From NCBI RefSeq assembly GCF_009914755.1, contig NC_060928.1: a stretch of DNA of 64,000 nt, one strand, 5' to 3'. The notes below the pieces were generated by a model. That model was not told the DNA's origin. It ran no database searches and saw only the letters and a list, made by a program, of their open reading frames with translations. A program made the position numbers and the translations under genes. Origin of the DNA: the human T2T-CHM13v2.0 reference genome, Homo sapiens. Of the stretch, positions 30,415 to 44,748 are shown piece after piece (the stretch's first letter is position 1; each line of letters opens with the position of its first letter).

Positions 30415-30901
30415 GATTTATTTTGTTTTGGGTCTTTTTTTTGGTTTTTGTCTTTTTCTGATTCTATCTTATAGATTACTCTTATTACACAGAAAACAAA
30501 AATTTTAAGCAGTACTAGGTAAATAGTAAGTTCTCAAAAATCATAGTTTTTATTATTAGTTATTGCTCCTACTACATATCATCGTGAATATGCAATTTCA
30601 ACATGTAAAAGCAAACAAAATCTACTTTCTTTTTTGCCAAGGTTGAGGTAGATATTGGCACGAAAATGACCCTGGCAAAATGTCAACAATTTATACCAAA
30701 TGAAAATTTTTGTTTAAATGCATTTTTGTGCAGAAGGAAAAGTGACTTTTTTTTTTTGGTTTGGATTTGTTTTAGAAAGTGGGATTTAATTTTTTCATAG
30801 TGTGAGAAATATGCCATTTATTTTTAAAGTTGTGTTCTGAGATTTTGTTTAAGAGTAAATCCAATGTAATGAAACAGCATACACAAATTATCTGTAGACA
30901 G

Positions 30902-31487
30902 TGAGGAGTCTGGCTGAAGGCCAAAATCCTCTGTGTGACCTTTCAGGCCTGACCATAGGCAATGACTTGCTTTACTTTGCAGGCCTCACATGGGAAAATT
31001 GCCCTCCACATACCAAACTTGGTGCACACCCAGTGCATTTCAGTGTCTGGAGGAGCTTGAGTCAAGGACTCAGGCCTTCCAAGGCCAGCTATGCTCATAA
31101 GAATATTTGCATTCCTAGCCCAGGAACCTCCATTTTGAGGCCTCCTTATCAGAAGACCTTGGCTAAGGCACTCTTCTCCACTCATGGTCTCTGCTATTCC
31201 TTTGTTAGCCAATCCTCCTTTTTCTTCCTGGGCTCGTTAGGTCCATAAGAATGAAGGAGCCCTTGTTTAGGGCTCCTCAGCATTGAGATCATTCCCCCCA
31301 CCTATGCTGCTTTGTCTTCAGACCCTCTCCTATTGCCATCCTGCAGGAAGAAATGGAACACTGGGAGTTGATGCCTTTCTTTTTGTCTACTTGCTTATAT
31401 TGTCACAGTAAATGAATAAAGTCTTGATTGTTAGTTTCAGTTTAGCTCATTTTCCTAATTGACCTCCTGGGGCACCTGGCAAGCTCA
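30902..31487 (+). mobile_element. Probable solo LTR, family not determined
   Basis: ~590-bp GC-richer block from TG..CA, with AATAAA at ~31415 about 70 nt before the end; possible ACAG/ATAG flanks. Confidence 0.45.
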
Positions 31488-31840
31488 ATAGATACAGCTT
31501 TGAAGAGGTTCTCAAAGAGGACTCTTTTCTAACAATATTTAATTAACTTGCTTGGTGATTCCCAACTCATCTAGGAGTTTAGTTGTGTGACTAAAAATAA
31601 GAATGGTCTGGATCAAATCTGTCTCAACCATAACGCAGTTTGCTTCTCAAGATTCTTCTGGAAAGAGTCAAGGAAGCCACAGACACAATGAAGCATGTTA
31701 AGCAGCAGCAGAAATAATAAAAGCTATGTTTCACCAAATGTTGAATATGTACAAAGCACAGAACTCTGCACTTTACATTTTGTTTTGTCTTATTCAGGCA
31801 ACTAAATAACCTATGAGGTAAAGACTATTATATTCCCATC

Positions 31841-33109
31841 TTAGGTGAGTACAAAAGTAATTATGGTTTTTGCATTGTTGGAATTTGCTGTTTGATATTA
31901 GGATACTTTCTTAAATGTGGTTATGTTATACATCATTTCAATGGGCATTTCTTGCTTTTGTTGTTGTTTTTTTTTTTGCTAATGATTTATTACTTGCTGT
32001 TTATTTTATGTTTATTTTAGACTATGGAAATGATGTTAGACAAAAGACAAAAATAAAATTCTAGCAATTTTCTAATTTGAGTCCAAAATGGATTGTAAAG
32101 CAACAGAGACAACTCGCAACAGCAATACATTTGGCCCAGGAACTGCAAACAAATGGTGCAGTGGTAGTTCAAGAAGTTTTACAAAGGAGACGAGAGCCTT
32201 GAAGATAAGGAGCATAGCGGCTGGCCATCAGAAGCTGACAACAACAAATTGAGAGCAATCATTGAAACTGATCCTCTTACAACTATACGAGAAGTTGCCA
32301 AAGAACTCAACGTTGACCATTCTATGGTTGTTTGGCATTTGAAGCAAATCGGAAAGGTGAAAAAGCTCAATAAGTGGGTGCCTCATGAGCTGAGTGAAAA
32401 TTTAAAAAAAATTGTCATTTTGAAGTGTTGTTTTCTCTTATTCTAGGCAACAACAATGAACCATTTCTCAATTGGATTGTGACGTGCGATAAAAATTATG
32501 ACAACTGATGATGACTAGCTCAGTGGTTGGACCAAGAAGAAGTTCCAAAGCATTTCCCACACCAAAATTGCACCAAAAAAAGGTCATGATCACTGTTTGG
32601 TGGTCTGCTGCCAGTGTGATCCACCACAGCTTTCTGAATCATGGCAAAACCATTACATCTGAGAAGTATGCTCAGCAAATCGATGAGATGCACCGAAAAG
32701 TGGAATGCCTGCAGCCAGCACTGGTCAACACAAAGGGCACGATTCTTCTCCATAACAATACCCAACCAGATTTCGCACAACTAATGCTTCAAAGCTACGA
32801 AGTCTTGTCTCATCCACCTTATTCACCTGACCTCTTGCCTACCAACTACCACTTCTTCAGGCATCTCGACAACTTTTTGTGGGGAAAATGATTCCACAGC
32901 CAGCAGGATGCAGAAAATGCTCTCCAAGAGTTTGTCAAATCCCAAAGCACAGATTTTTATGCTATAAAAATAAACAAACTGATTTCTCATTGGCAAAATT
33001 GTGTTGATTGTAATGGTTCCTATTTTGATTAATAAAGATGTGTTTGAGCCTAGTTATAATGATTTAAAATTCATGGTCCAAAACCACAAGTACCTTTGTA
33101 CCAACCTAA
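31841..33109 (+). mobile_element. Near full-length Hsmar1 mariner transposon (1269 bp)
   Basis: TIRs TTAGGTGAGTACAAAAGTAATTATGGTTTT and AAAACCACAAGTACCTTTGTACCAACCTAA, with transposase remnants between. TA TSD decayed (TC/CA). Confidence 0.95.
32024..33032 (+). pseudogene. Hsmar1 transposase pseudogene
   Basis: Runs from ATGGAAATGATGTTAGAC to TATTTTGATTAA. WVPHEL (ORF 32249) and HPPYSPDL (ORF 32508) motifs; multiple frameshifts and stops. Confidence 0.93.
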
Positions 33110-33834
33110 CATTTTAAAAAATTGAGGCAAAGAGTGATTAAATAATGTTATCAATATTAGAAAAAGCACCAGTAAGGTGCTGGGCTCCAAAGTCTCCTTT
33201 CCTAACCATGCTATTACCTCTATGGTTGATGGAGAGAGAACTTTCCTTATTCTTGTGTCCTTAGGAATTTTTTAATGTTATAAGATGTAACTCAGTCAAC
33301 ATATATCATTTGACTTACAATTTAGGGCATAATAAACACTTATTTATACATATCCAAACATTCCTTACAGTTTTTGTTTCCTTAATTATCACCCATTCAA
33401 TTGTTATTGATCTTATAACCATTTACATACTTTTCTGCTAGTCCTAATGATCAATTTCGAACTCCCCATGCATTTTTGTTAGGTCTATCATGTTCTCTAG
33501 GCAATTATGTCACTTTTCTTGCTCATTAAGTCAGACAATTTGTTTTTCTGACATCAAGTAATGTTGTATACCCAACAAGATATTAACTATCTTCAAAATC
33601 ACAGAGTGACATATGTCTATTCCCACATTCTGCTACAGCTACATGCAAATTTTAAAATTCCCCATCTAGTAGATGTGCTACATCACAAATCATCACTCTG
33701 TGAAAGACAGCATATTTTCTGCTATATTCCATTATATTTTTTCTCAATAATTTTAAAATAATAATTGTACTATATATACGATTGCAAATATAAGTCATCA
33801 GTAACTGCAGAAAGAAGAGGCATCTTTGTTTAAT

Positions 33835-34035
33835 GCATGAAGCCTGGACCTTAGAGTCAGACAGAGAATGGTGTTACTCCTAACTCCAGCCCAGAAGAGC
33901 TGAATGATTTGGGGAAAGGTATTTACTTTTCTGAGTCTCTGCTTCTTTGCCCTAAAAGGAGAATTTGTCTCAGTTTGTAGCTATTTTGAAAAAAATTCTA
34001 GATGATTATCAAAAATGCATGGCTCACTGCTTGGC
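33835..34035 (+). mobile_element. MIR
   Basis: AGCCTGGACCTTAGAGTCAGACAGA..TGATTTGGGGAAAG..TTTACTTTTCTGAGTCTCTGCTTC. Confidence 0.55.
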
Positions 34036-34408
34036 AGCTAATAATACTAAGGTCAAACTATTTTTGACAGCTAGGCTTGTGTTAAGAGCTTTATGTCTTT
34101 TATCTTGTTGCAGGATGGGGTTTCTTCCCCATTTCATTTCCTGAAGATAGGCGTATATATATATAATTTTGAAGTATTTGGTTGAGAGATGACACATAGC
34201 ATCTTATACATCACTATTATTTAAAAAAATGATAATTAACTGACTGCATGAACTTGTTCCAGTAATTCAATTCCACTTAACAAATCCTCTGTATTTTTCA
34301 ACACCTTTCTCAAAAAACCATTTTTTTCTTTCCTTTTGTGTTGTTATTTCCTAACATTGCAATCTAAAAGTAAACTTCTTTACTCTTTTTTTCTTTTCCA
34401 AAAGAAAC

Positions 34409-34824
34409 TGATACCGTTTGGAAATTTGTCCCCTCCAAATCTCATGTTGACACTTGATTCCCAATTTTGGATGTGGGCCTAGTGAGAGGTGTTTTAGTCA
34501 TGGAGGCAGGTCCCTCATAAATGGCTTGGTGTCCTCCTCATGTCCTCACATCTTCGTGGTAATAAGTGAGTTCACAAGAGAACTGGTTGTGTAAAAGAAC
34601 ATGGCATCTTTCTCTGCCTCTTGTTCCCTTTCTTGCCATATGACATGCCTACTTCCCCTTCACCTGACACCATGGTTAAAAGCCTCCTCAGATCTTTACC
34701 ACAAACAATCGCCACACCATGCTTCTTGTATAGCCTGCAGAACTGTGAGCCAAATAACCTCTTTCTCTTATCAACTATTCAGCCTCAAGTATTCCTTTAC
34801 TCCAATGCAAAACAGACTAACACA
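34409..34824 (+). mobile_element. MaLR solo LTR, MSTB-like
   Basis: TGATACCGTTTGG..CCCTCCAAATCTCATGTTGA..GCCTGCAGAACTGTGAGCCAAAT..CAGACTAACACA; degenerate TSD GAAAC/GAGAT. Confidence 0.85.
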
Positions 34825-35893
34825 GAGATCTAGCATCCTTGAGGAAGGTGACCATTTATTTTCAACTTTTAAATTTTGTGTCACTTACTTATAGCAGAGG
34901 CTCACTGAAAATCTAATTGAACAAATACGTCTTATTACATTTATTTACATTTTATGCCACACAATTTGTATTATTTGGTTATATCAATCAATAAGGCAAA
35001 CCAATGTATTGTATATTTATTTTATGTGAAAAAATATCATAAAACACTTTGTGTAGTATGAGTTCATTCATATATAGTATATATTTATGTGGGTATATAT
35101 GTATATATATATGCAAAAATAAAATATGGACAAACTAAAATATCAAATGTAACAGCATGAATATAAGATTCTGGGTGATTGTGGGTGACTTTTTCTCATA
35201 AATATCTATCATACTTTTTTTTAACTACTCACAATTCTATAGCAAAGATAACTATTCAATTCCAGGTTTTTTTAAAAAAATGGTAATAGTCACCATTTTA
35301 ATGAAGCACACAAAAAAATTAGACTCACAGAATTTCAATCCCATAAAGTGATAGTTCAGATTATATGTCAGGTTTACAATACTTTGAATGTTTACCAATA
35401 AAACTGTAATTAGTCTCTCATGATTTTATGCTTTTTGGAAAATAAAGGAGAAAGAACTACAAAGAAATAACTTCTGTTATATAAGATATGCATTAGGATA
35501 AAAGAGGAAAAGCACACCTGTTATTTGAGAATCACCTCTAGAATGGACACCTTGAGACTGATGCCACTGAATCTTAGCTTAAATTATTTAATGCTTCTAA
35601 AATTCATTTTCGTAGGTATATAAGGCAGATAACCAATAATTTAAAATGTTGACAATTAAATAAACCAAAATTAAGCCATTTTAAAAGGAATTCAACAATT
35701 AACATATATTTTCTGTTTTCACTATATAAGATAATTTTAAAGAATATATAAGTACATAAAAATACTCAGGGTTTTTATCACACCCTTTCTAGATAATTTA
35801 AATTATTAATTTAATGTAGAGAGAAAATATAGTATGTTGGATAAGAACACAAAATCTAATACGTATCTATCTAACAATAAATAATATTAAATA

Positions 35894-36113
35894 AAACATT
35901 TGTTTACTTTGTGGCATAGAGCAAGATTTTTTTGCTGAATTTATTTATTTTTTTAATTTCTTGCTTGTTTGCTTTACAAAGCAAGTTATTTAATTTCTCT
36001 CTAACTCAGCTTCCTCACTGTGAACTGTATATAATGATACTTCATTGGTGACATTAAATGATTAAACATGTTTGAATACGAAAGCAGTTAAAATAGTAAA
36101 TAGTGGGACCTAT
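35894..36113 (+). repeat. MIR-derived segment, copy 1 of a local duplication
   Basis: Aligns by eye with 37130-37365. Confidence 0.85.
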
Positions 36114-36627
36114 GTATCAGCTATCTTTATTATAAATCTATCTCTGTTTACTTAAATCTGGTGTTTAACCTCTTATTTTTTCTCCATTTTCTCCATTTTG
36201 TAATTTTTTATGCTTGCTTCTGCATCTTTATACTAATAACGCCAGAAATGTTCTGCTGTTGTCCCTTTGGCGTTTTACTATTAAAGACTGGTATCAGTGT
36301 ATGATTCATGCATGTACTACTGAATTGAGGCTTATGATCCTCTTTGTTAATCTTATTTAAGTCATATCAATTCCTCTGCCCATAAATATTGTTATTTGTA
36401 GTTGACGGCTGATCATTTGATCAATATCATCTTTACCTTTATTTTCCTGTTATTTGCTGCAAATGAACTATAGCCTTAAAGAAAATAATACCATACAAAT
36501 TTAAAATTTTCTTGATTATTCCGTTCACTCTTCTTCAACATGATAAGAAACACTAAAACATTTTTCTCTCGTAAATATGTCTCAGTACTTCTCTCCCTAC
36601 CATGTGCTATTTATTCAGCTACTCTTT

Positions 36628-36924
36628 TTTTTTTTTTTTTTTTTGAGACGGAGTCTCGCTGTCGCCCAGGCTGGAGTGCAGTGGCGCAATCTCGGCTCAC
36701 TGCAGGCTCCGCCCCCTGGGGTTCACGCCATTCTCCTGCCTCAGCCTCCCGAGTAGCTGGGACTACAGGCGCCCGCCACCTCGCCCGGCTAATTTTTTGT
36801 ATTTTTAGTAGAGACGGGGTTTCACCGTGTTAGCCAGGATGGTCTCGATCTCCTGACCTCGTGATCCGCCCGCCTCGGCCTCCCAAAGTGCTGGGATTAC
36901 AGGCGTGAGCCACCGCGCCCGGCC
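36628..36924 (-). mobile_element. Young AluY, AluYe5-like
   Basis: Nearly all CpGs intact. Ye-type diagnostics on the sense strand: GGGCGAGGTGG, extra base in AACCCC.GGGGGCGGAGCCTGCAG, GACAGCGAGAC. Perfect 16-bp TSD TATTCAGCTACTCTTT (36612-36627 / 36925-36940). Confidence 0.9.
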
Positions 36925-37129
36925 TATTCAGCTACTCTTTAACAGAGTATTCTGTGGCATTAAATATGTCTTGGGTGGCAGGATGAAGGCACCATAAATG
37001 AATCCATAATACACACAAACATATCCAATCTTAAAGTATACTTTTCTCTGAACACGCAATTCACTGTTTCGTGTTATTTTTTGGAATGCTCTTATTCTTC
37101 ATACATCCCTTGATGACTCTCTTCCCAAC

Positions 37130-37365
37130 AAACACTTGTTCACTATGTAGAATTGAGCAAGATTTTTTTTAATTAAAATTTTAATTAAAAATAAAAATTA
37201 TTTTATTTTTAATTTTTGTTTGTTTGCTTTACTTAGCAAGTTATTTAATTTCTAACTCAGCTTCCTTATTTGTGAACTGGAGGTGATGATATCCAATGGG
37301 TGAGATTAAATAATTAAGCATGTTTGAATATGAAAGCAGTTAAAACTGCAAATAGTGGAACCTAT
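37130..37365 (+). repeat. MIR-derived segment, copy 2 of a local duplication
   Basis: Shares AGCAAGTTATTTAATTTC, CTAACTCAGCTTCCT, CATGTTTGAATA.GAAAGCAGTTAAAA and AAATAGTGG.ACCTAT with copy 1. Confidence 0.85.
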
Positions 37366-37976
37366 ATTACCTGTGTTATGAAAGTGCAGATATTTCAACT
37401 ACTCCAAGGCAGACTTTTTCTTTCTCTAGGAATTTTAGTTGTCTTTTTTTCCTTGTGTTTAGTTCTTTAGTCCATAACCTTATTTTAACACGTTTTCACA
37501 ATTACATTTGAAAGTAGATATGTTTTAAGAACAATTCAGTTATACCCAAGTGCACATGTTGAATTGTACACGTTTTTATCCTCTCATGGCTCTGTGAATG
37601 TCAAAGAATTCTGAAATAATTTCACTAGCTGTTTGGGAAGTTTGTTGGAAAAAAATTGCATGGACAGAGGAGTTTGACTAGACTGGCATTTCTTTCAAAA
37701 TGGTTTTTGCTTCTTCTAGAGCGTTAGAGCTTACTTGACTTATCTGCAAGCCTGATACTTGTTTGAATGGTGCACAATAGCTCAACATCTACAAGCCTCC
37801 TTAAGTCTGCCTCAAAACAGTGCTTGTTCATATCTTCTCCCTCAAGACCCCTCATTTTCAGCTTTTCCCAGTTCACTTCCACCTAAGACATATCTCATAG
37901 CCCTGATTTGCTTAGACATTCCTTTATTGTACCAAATAGCCAATATTTGAAGTAAAATACAAACAAATAAAAACTA

Positions 37977-38417
<441 letters not shown>

Positions 38418-39936
38418 TTAAGTGATCAATATTTCAAATTATTACCTGCTAGTCATTTATATATCCATCATCACGCCTAAACTACTATCTGCAGGTCAGA
38501 AACTCTATCATGTAGATTCATGTAGCACAACTAGCACAATGCCTGATTGGCTCAGAGAAGACACAGAAATGTCCACATTCCCTGAAGAAACTTAATTTAC
38601 ATTTCTTAATTTTATACTTAACTATATAGTCATGATTTTATTTGAACTTTATAACATTTTTAAATATTTAACAAGTAAAATAGAGTCTAAAGGCGTATGT
38701 AATAGCTTACCTACATCTTTGTGGCCTTATGTTTCAATGACAAGGGACATTTTCATCAATTACATAACTGAAGCTCAATGGAAAAGCTGTTGCATCCTGT
38801 CCTCTCCTGCTTTTCCAGTCAGCCAAAAGATTTAATTAGTGGAACATTTTGGCAGCTTTTCTTCTCCATGTTTTTTTTTTTTTCTTTGTGATGTCTAATT
38901 GTCTTGTCCTCTTATGTTCAGCTGACAGTGATGGTCATTATGTCCACTGATGCAGAGCTCCCACTTGAGACTCCTTCTGCACCTAATTTGCTCATTTGTC
39001 TTTCTCGCTCTTTCTGTCTCTCTCTCTCAATGTAGAAAAACAATGACTATGGCCAATCAAAAACATCAGAAGCTAGACTACCCAAATAATAGTTAGAAAA
39101 TTTCCAGGAGAAAAATATTGTGCTTAAGTGTTTACATTTCATTAAAAAAGGGGACTTAATAACTAGGGGAAATTAACATGTAAGAACATAATAATTATTT
39201 TACATAAATGAGAGAAACAATGAAATTATAAAATGCACTATCACTTTAATTTTTTACTTTACTTTTAATTTATTACATAAAAAGAAAATAAATATTTTAT
39301 ATTATTTTTTGTTTTTCTTATAATCAATTTGATTAAGGTAAATATGCAGATAATAATTTATTACATACATTTTAGGTGAAATGTTCGACAAATGTATACA
39401 CTCATTTAACAATCACCTCAGTCAAGATAAAAAACAGTTTCCTTATGCCATCTTACCCAACCCTCTTCCCCTGGGAACCATTAATCTTATGTCAATCACT
39501 ATAGATTAGTTATGCCTGTTCTAGGTATTCATATAAATGGAACCATGCAGTATGTACTCCTTTGTGACTGTCTCCTTTCAGTCAGCAAAATGTATGTGAG
39601 ATTCATTCATGTTGTTGTGCGTGTAAGCAGTTTATTTTGTCTTATCTCTGAACAATATTCCTTCAGATGAACTTGGAAAATTTATGTATTCACCTGTATT
39701 TGTTCATGTATTTACCTGTTGATAAAATTTGAGTTATAGTTTTAGGACATTAAAAATTTAAATTGTTATATATATTCAGGTACAGGAATTTTGTGGACAA
39801 ATGTTTGTCTTTTAGGTAGATATCTGGCAGTGAAATGGCTGAGATATATGGTAACACCATTGTTCATTCTGTAATAAACTTCCCAACTGGTTTCTCAAGT
39901 AGTTGTACCATTTTTACACTCCAATCAGCAATGTAG

Positions 39937-40390
<454 letters not shown>

Positions 40391-42380
40391 GATTTGTCTT
40401 CTTTAGTGTAGTTTCTGTGCAAGTTATCTACCCAGTGTTTATTGGATTGTTTGTGTTTCATTAATAATCTGTAGGAGTTCATTATGTATTTTAGACACAT
40501 GTGCTTTGTCTGCAAATTGAATTTTGAATATTTACTCATTCGTATTTTGCATTTATATTTCTTCATTATTATTTCTTGAAGAAGATACTTTTTTATTTTT
40601 ATGATGTTTAATTCATTACTTTTTAAAATAGGTACTTTTTGCACCAAGAATCACTTGCCTATCCAACTTTTGCAAAGGTTTTCTCTTCTGTTTCCTTCTG
40701 GAAATATTTTAGATTTCACTTTGACGTTTATGTCTATTATCAATTTGGAGTTAATTTTTTAGTATGGTGTGAGATTAGGATAGATTTTTTATTATTATTT
40801 TTATGGATATGCAATTCTTTCATCACCATTTTCTAAAAAGTATATCATTTCCTTTGAATTGCCTTTAGGTTTTTTTTTTGGAAATCAATTGGCAGTAAAT
40901 GTGTGACTCTAGCTCAAACTGCACTATTCTCTTTCATTCATCCTCAACTTCTTTCACCATCACATTACTGTCTGGATGTCTGTAGTTCCATAGTCTTGAA
41001 ATTAGGTTGTGCAAGTTCTTCAACTTTCTTCATTTTAAGTTCACTTTAGCTGTTCTAGGTCCATTTAATTTTCATATGAATCTTGGTATTAACTTATCAA
41101 TTTCTCTGAAAATAATATTTTGTCACTGAATTGGCTTTATAGATCAATTTGTGGAGAATTGACATCTTAACACAAATTGAATTTTCCAACGCATGAGCAT
41201 GATAGAAAAATTTTCAATACCTCTTCCTTAATGTGATATTATCTGACAATTTTACCAGATGTTCCTTATGCAACTGAGAAGATTATCTTCTGTTCTAATT
41301 TTCTTAGTGATTTTATCATGAACGTTGAACTGATGTTGAATTTTATCATAGATGTGTTGAATTTTGTTGTAGCCATTAAGATAATAATTTTTTTCATTTT
41401 GTTAAAATGCTGAAACACATTAATATTCAAATGCGTAACTAACCATTTATTCTTGAAAAAAACCCACTAGATCATAATAACAATTTTATTTAATAAACTT
41501 TTGTTGATGATTTTTGCTTTCATGTTCTTTAGGTATATAGATCTCTATTCAATTTTTATATATGTATCAAGCTTTAGTATCAGAATTATTTTGACCTCAC
41601 AATGAGTTACAGATTATTCGCTCCTCAGTTTTATGAAAAAATTTGGATATCCATTTCATAAAATTTCCCCCAGATTTTTCTTTTAATATTCACAAATGAA
41701 AATATCTGTGCCATATTTTTCTTGTGTGGAGGTTTTATTTTGATTCTTTAAATAAATTTCGGTTTTCAACATAGAAATACTCATATTTAAAATGTGTCCT
41801 AAATTATATTTCCCAAATTTTGTTTTTTTAACTGTGTCCTTTTCAACTATGTTGCACATATTTTCATAAATTGTTCATAATATTTTTAAAATTTCTATAA
41901 CATCTGTACAAATAACTGTTATTCAATTCCTGATGTTGGTAATATGTGATTTGCTCCTTTTATCTTGGTTATAATCTGCAGATATTTATCAATTTTGTCA
42001 ATTTATTCATTAAGAAACTTCGCTTTATAAAATTGCCCTTAATTTGTGTTTTCTATTTTATTGATTTCTGTACCTCTCACTATTATATATCACAAAAGCC
42101 AATCTAGTTGATAGTGTTTTTCTCTTTATTTGTCATTTTTTAAAATTTTCTATATTTTGAGGTTCATATATTAGCTATAAAAAATTTAGGATAATTGTGT
42201 CTTCCTGATGAATTGGTCTATTAACTTTATAAGACATTACTCTCCATCACTCCAAGCCTACCTTTTATTATTTTACTGCAGTTACACAAACTTCCATGTG
42301 ACTTTTATTTGTACTTCATATATCTTTTCACTTTTTCCTTCATTCTACTTTTGCTTTTATATTTTGAAAGGCACCTGACA

Positions 42381-42686
<306 letters not shown>

Positions 42687-43032
42687 TGCACCAGACAAAG
42701 ACTTCCTCCTTGATCAAACATTAGTCATGCTCTTCTGGGTCTTCTTTTCAATTAGATCCTGACTTGGGCTGGCTTCTCTGCCTTTGGACTGCCACCATAC
42801 CCCTTGCCTGGTGAGCCTAGTTTTAGAAAAGAATCTTGCTAAGTCAGTGTGGCCAGAATCTTCCCACTCTTGATATCTGATTAAATTTGTTGTCTCTACC
42901 CTAATGTCTAATTCTTTGGCTTGCCTTTAGCAAGAGTCCTGTTAAGCCAGTTTAGCAAGAATCCCCTTACCCTTGCTATTTCTTCTTAGTAATTTTCCAT
43001 CAACTGACCCTTTCACTCTGTTCTTTGGCCAT

Positions 43033-43381
43033 CCAAAGGGTGACCAACTTTTGATTTTTCAACTTTAAGTTAATGTGAAAGCAATATGCATACGGTAGAA
43101 ATCATGCTTTGAATAGCCAATCTATTCTGTTTTTCACTTTCAGCCCATTATTCAGTAAAGTCTATAAAACATTCAACACTTTACTATAAAATTGGCTTTG
43201 TGTTAAATGCTTTTACCCTACTGTAGGCTAATGTCAGTGTTCTGAGCACATTTAAGGTAGATTAGGCTAAGCTGTGATATTTGATAGGTTAGGTATATTA
43301 AATGCATTTTTGACTTACAATAATTTCAACTTATATTGGGTTTTAAAGGATGTAACCCTATCGTAAGTTAAGGAGCATTTC
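43033..43381 (-). mobile_element. MER47A-like Tigger-derived MITE
   Basis: GTAGGCTAATG..TGTTCTGAGCACATTTAAGGTAG..GGTTAGGT..ATTAAATGCATTTT..ATCGTAAGTT.AGGAGCAT. Confidence 0.8.
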
Positions 43382-43711
43382 TAAATTCCTAACTGTCTTT
43401 GCTGTATTCAGAGTTGACCTCAGTTTTATACTCAAGTCTCTCTTCCTTACTACTTTAGCTCAAATAAAATCTGTCATGTCATTTTTAAAAAGTGTCCGGT
43501 GTAAAACTATTCTTTTACACACCTTTTGAAGAAAGTTTTTAGTAGGTTTAGTAGATTTGCTTTGATGTCAAATCTGATACTCTTGGTATTTTAATTGAAG
43601 AATTTAGTCTGTTTGTAATGTAATTATTGGTATAATTACATCTTTCTATGGTTTTTTCCATTTGTCTGTTCTCCTTTTGTTTCACAGTGCAATTTGCCTT
43701 CTGTTTTTATA

Positions 43712-44748
43712 TTTTATTTTCTTTCACATTCAGAGAGTACATATGCATGTACATTTGTTACACGGATATATTGCATTTTGGTGGGGTTGGGACTTCTAGT
43801 GTACTCATCACCCAAATAGTGAACATTGTATCCAACAGATAATTTTTCACTCTTTATCCTCTCCCCTCTCCCTGCTTTTGAAGATTCCAAATGTCTATTA
43901 TTTCCCTCTGTATGTCCATGTGTACCCACTGTTTAGCTCCCACTTATAAGTGAGAACATGTGGCATTTGATTTTCCGTTTATGAGTTATTTCACATAGAA
44001 TAGTGACCTCCAGCTCCATTCATGTTGCTTCAAAAGACATGTTTTTATTTTTATTTTTTTGTGGGTGCTTAGATTCCATTGTGTATGCATACCAGGTTTT
44101 CTTTATTCAGTCAACTGTTGATAGACATGTAGGTTGATTCCATGCCTTTGCCATTGTGAACAGTGCCATGATAAGCATACAAAATGAAGGTGTCTTTCAC
44201 CTTCTGGTTATTCTGACTGGTACATGATGATATTTTATTCTGGTTTTAATTTGCATTTCTCTGAAGATTAGTGATGTTGAGCACTTTTTAAAAATATGTT
44301 TGTTGGCAGCTTGTATGTCTTCTTTAGAGAAATGAATGTTTATGTCCTTTGCCCACTCTTTACTGGGTTACTTGTGTTTTTCTTGTTAAGTTGTTTGAGT
44401 TCTTCATAGATTCTGGATATTAGACCTTCGTCAAGAGCATAATTTGCCAATATTTTTTCCTGTTGTGTAAGTTATCTGTTTATTCTGTTGATTATTTCTT
44501 TTGCTGTGAAGCTTTTCAGTTTAATTAAGTTCCATTTGTCTATTTTTCTTTTTGTTGCATTTACTTTTGAGGTCTTAGCCATAAATTCTTTCCCTAGGCC
44601 AGTGTCCAGAAGAGTTTTAACCAGGTTTTATTCTAGGATTTTAATAGTTTCAGGTGTTATATTTAAGACTTTAATTCATCTTGAGATAATTTTTGTATAG
44701 GGTGGCATATAGGGGTCTAGCTTTATTCTCTTGCATATGAATAGTCAG
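43712..44748 (-). mobile_element. L1PB 3' portion nested in L1M, internal deletion near 44200
   Basis: L1PB-type 3'UTR (GATATATTGC..GGTGGGGTT..TCTAGTGTACTCATCACCCAAATAGTGAACATTGTA). Confidence 0.8.

Larger units (their letters stand above)
31740..33215 (-). mobile_element. MIR split by the Hsmar1 insertion (31740-31840 and 33110-33215)
   Basis: AACCTATGAGGTA..TATTATATTCCCAT | TTTT..TTGAGGCAAAGAGTGATTAAATAA is collinear with the MIR core. Confidence 0.6.

Noticed and set aside
32024-33032. SETMAR exon/retrocopy or active transposase
   Set aside because: Both TIRs are present, there is no SET-domain sequence or polyA, and there are multiple frameshifts and altered catalytic residues.
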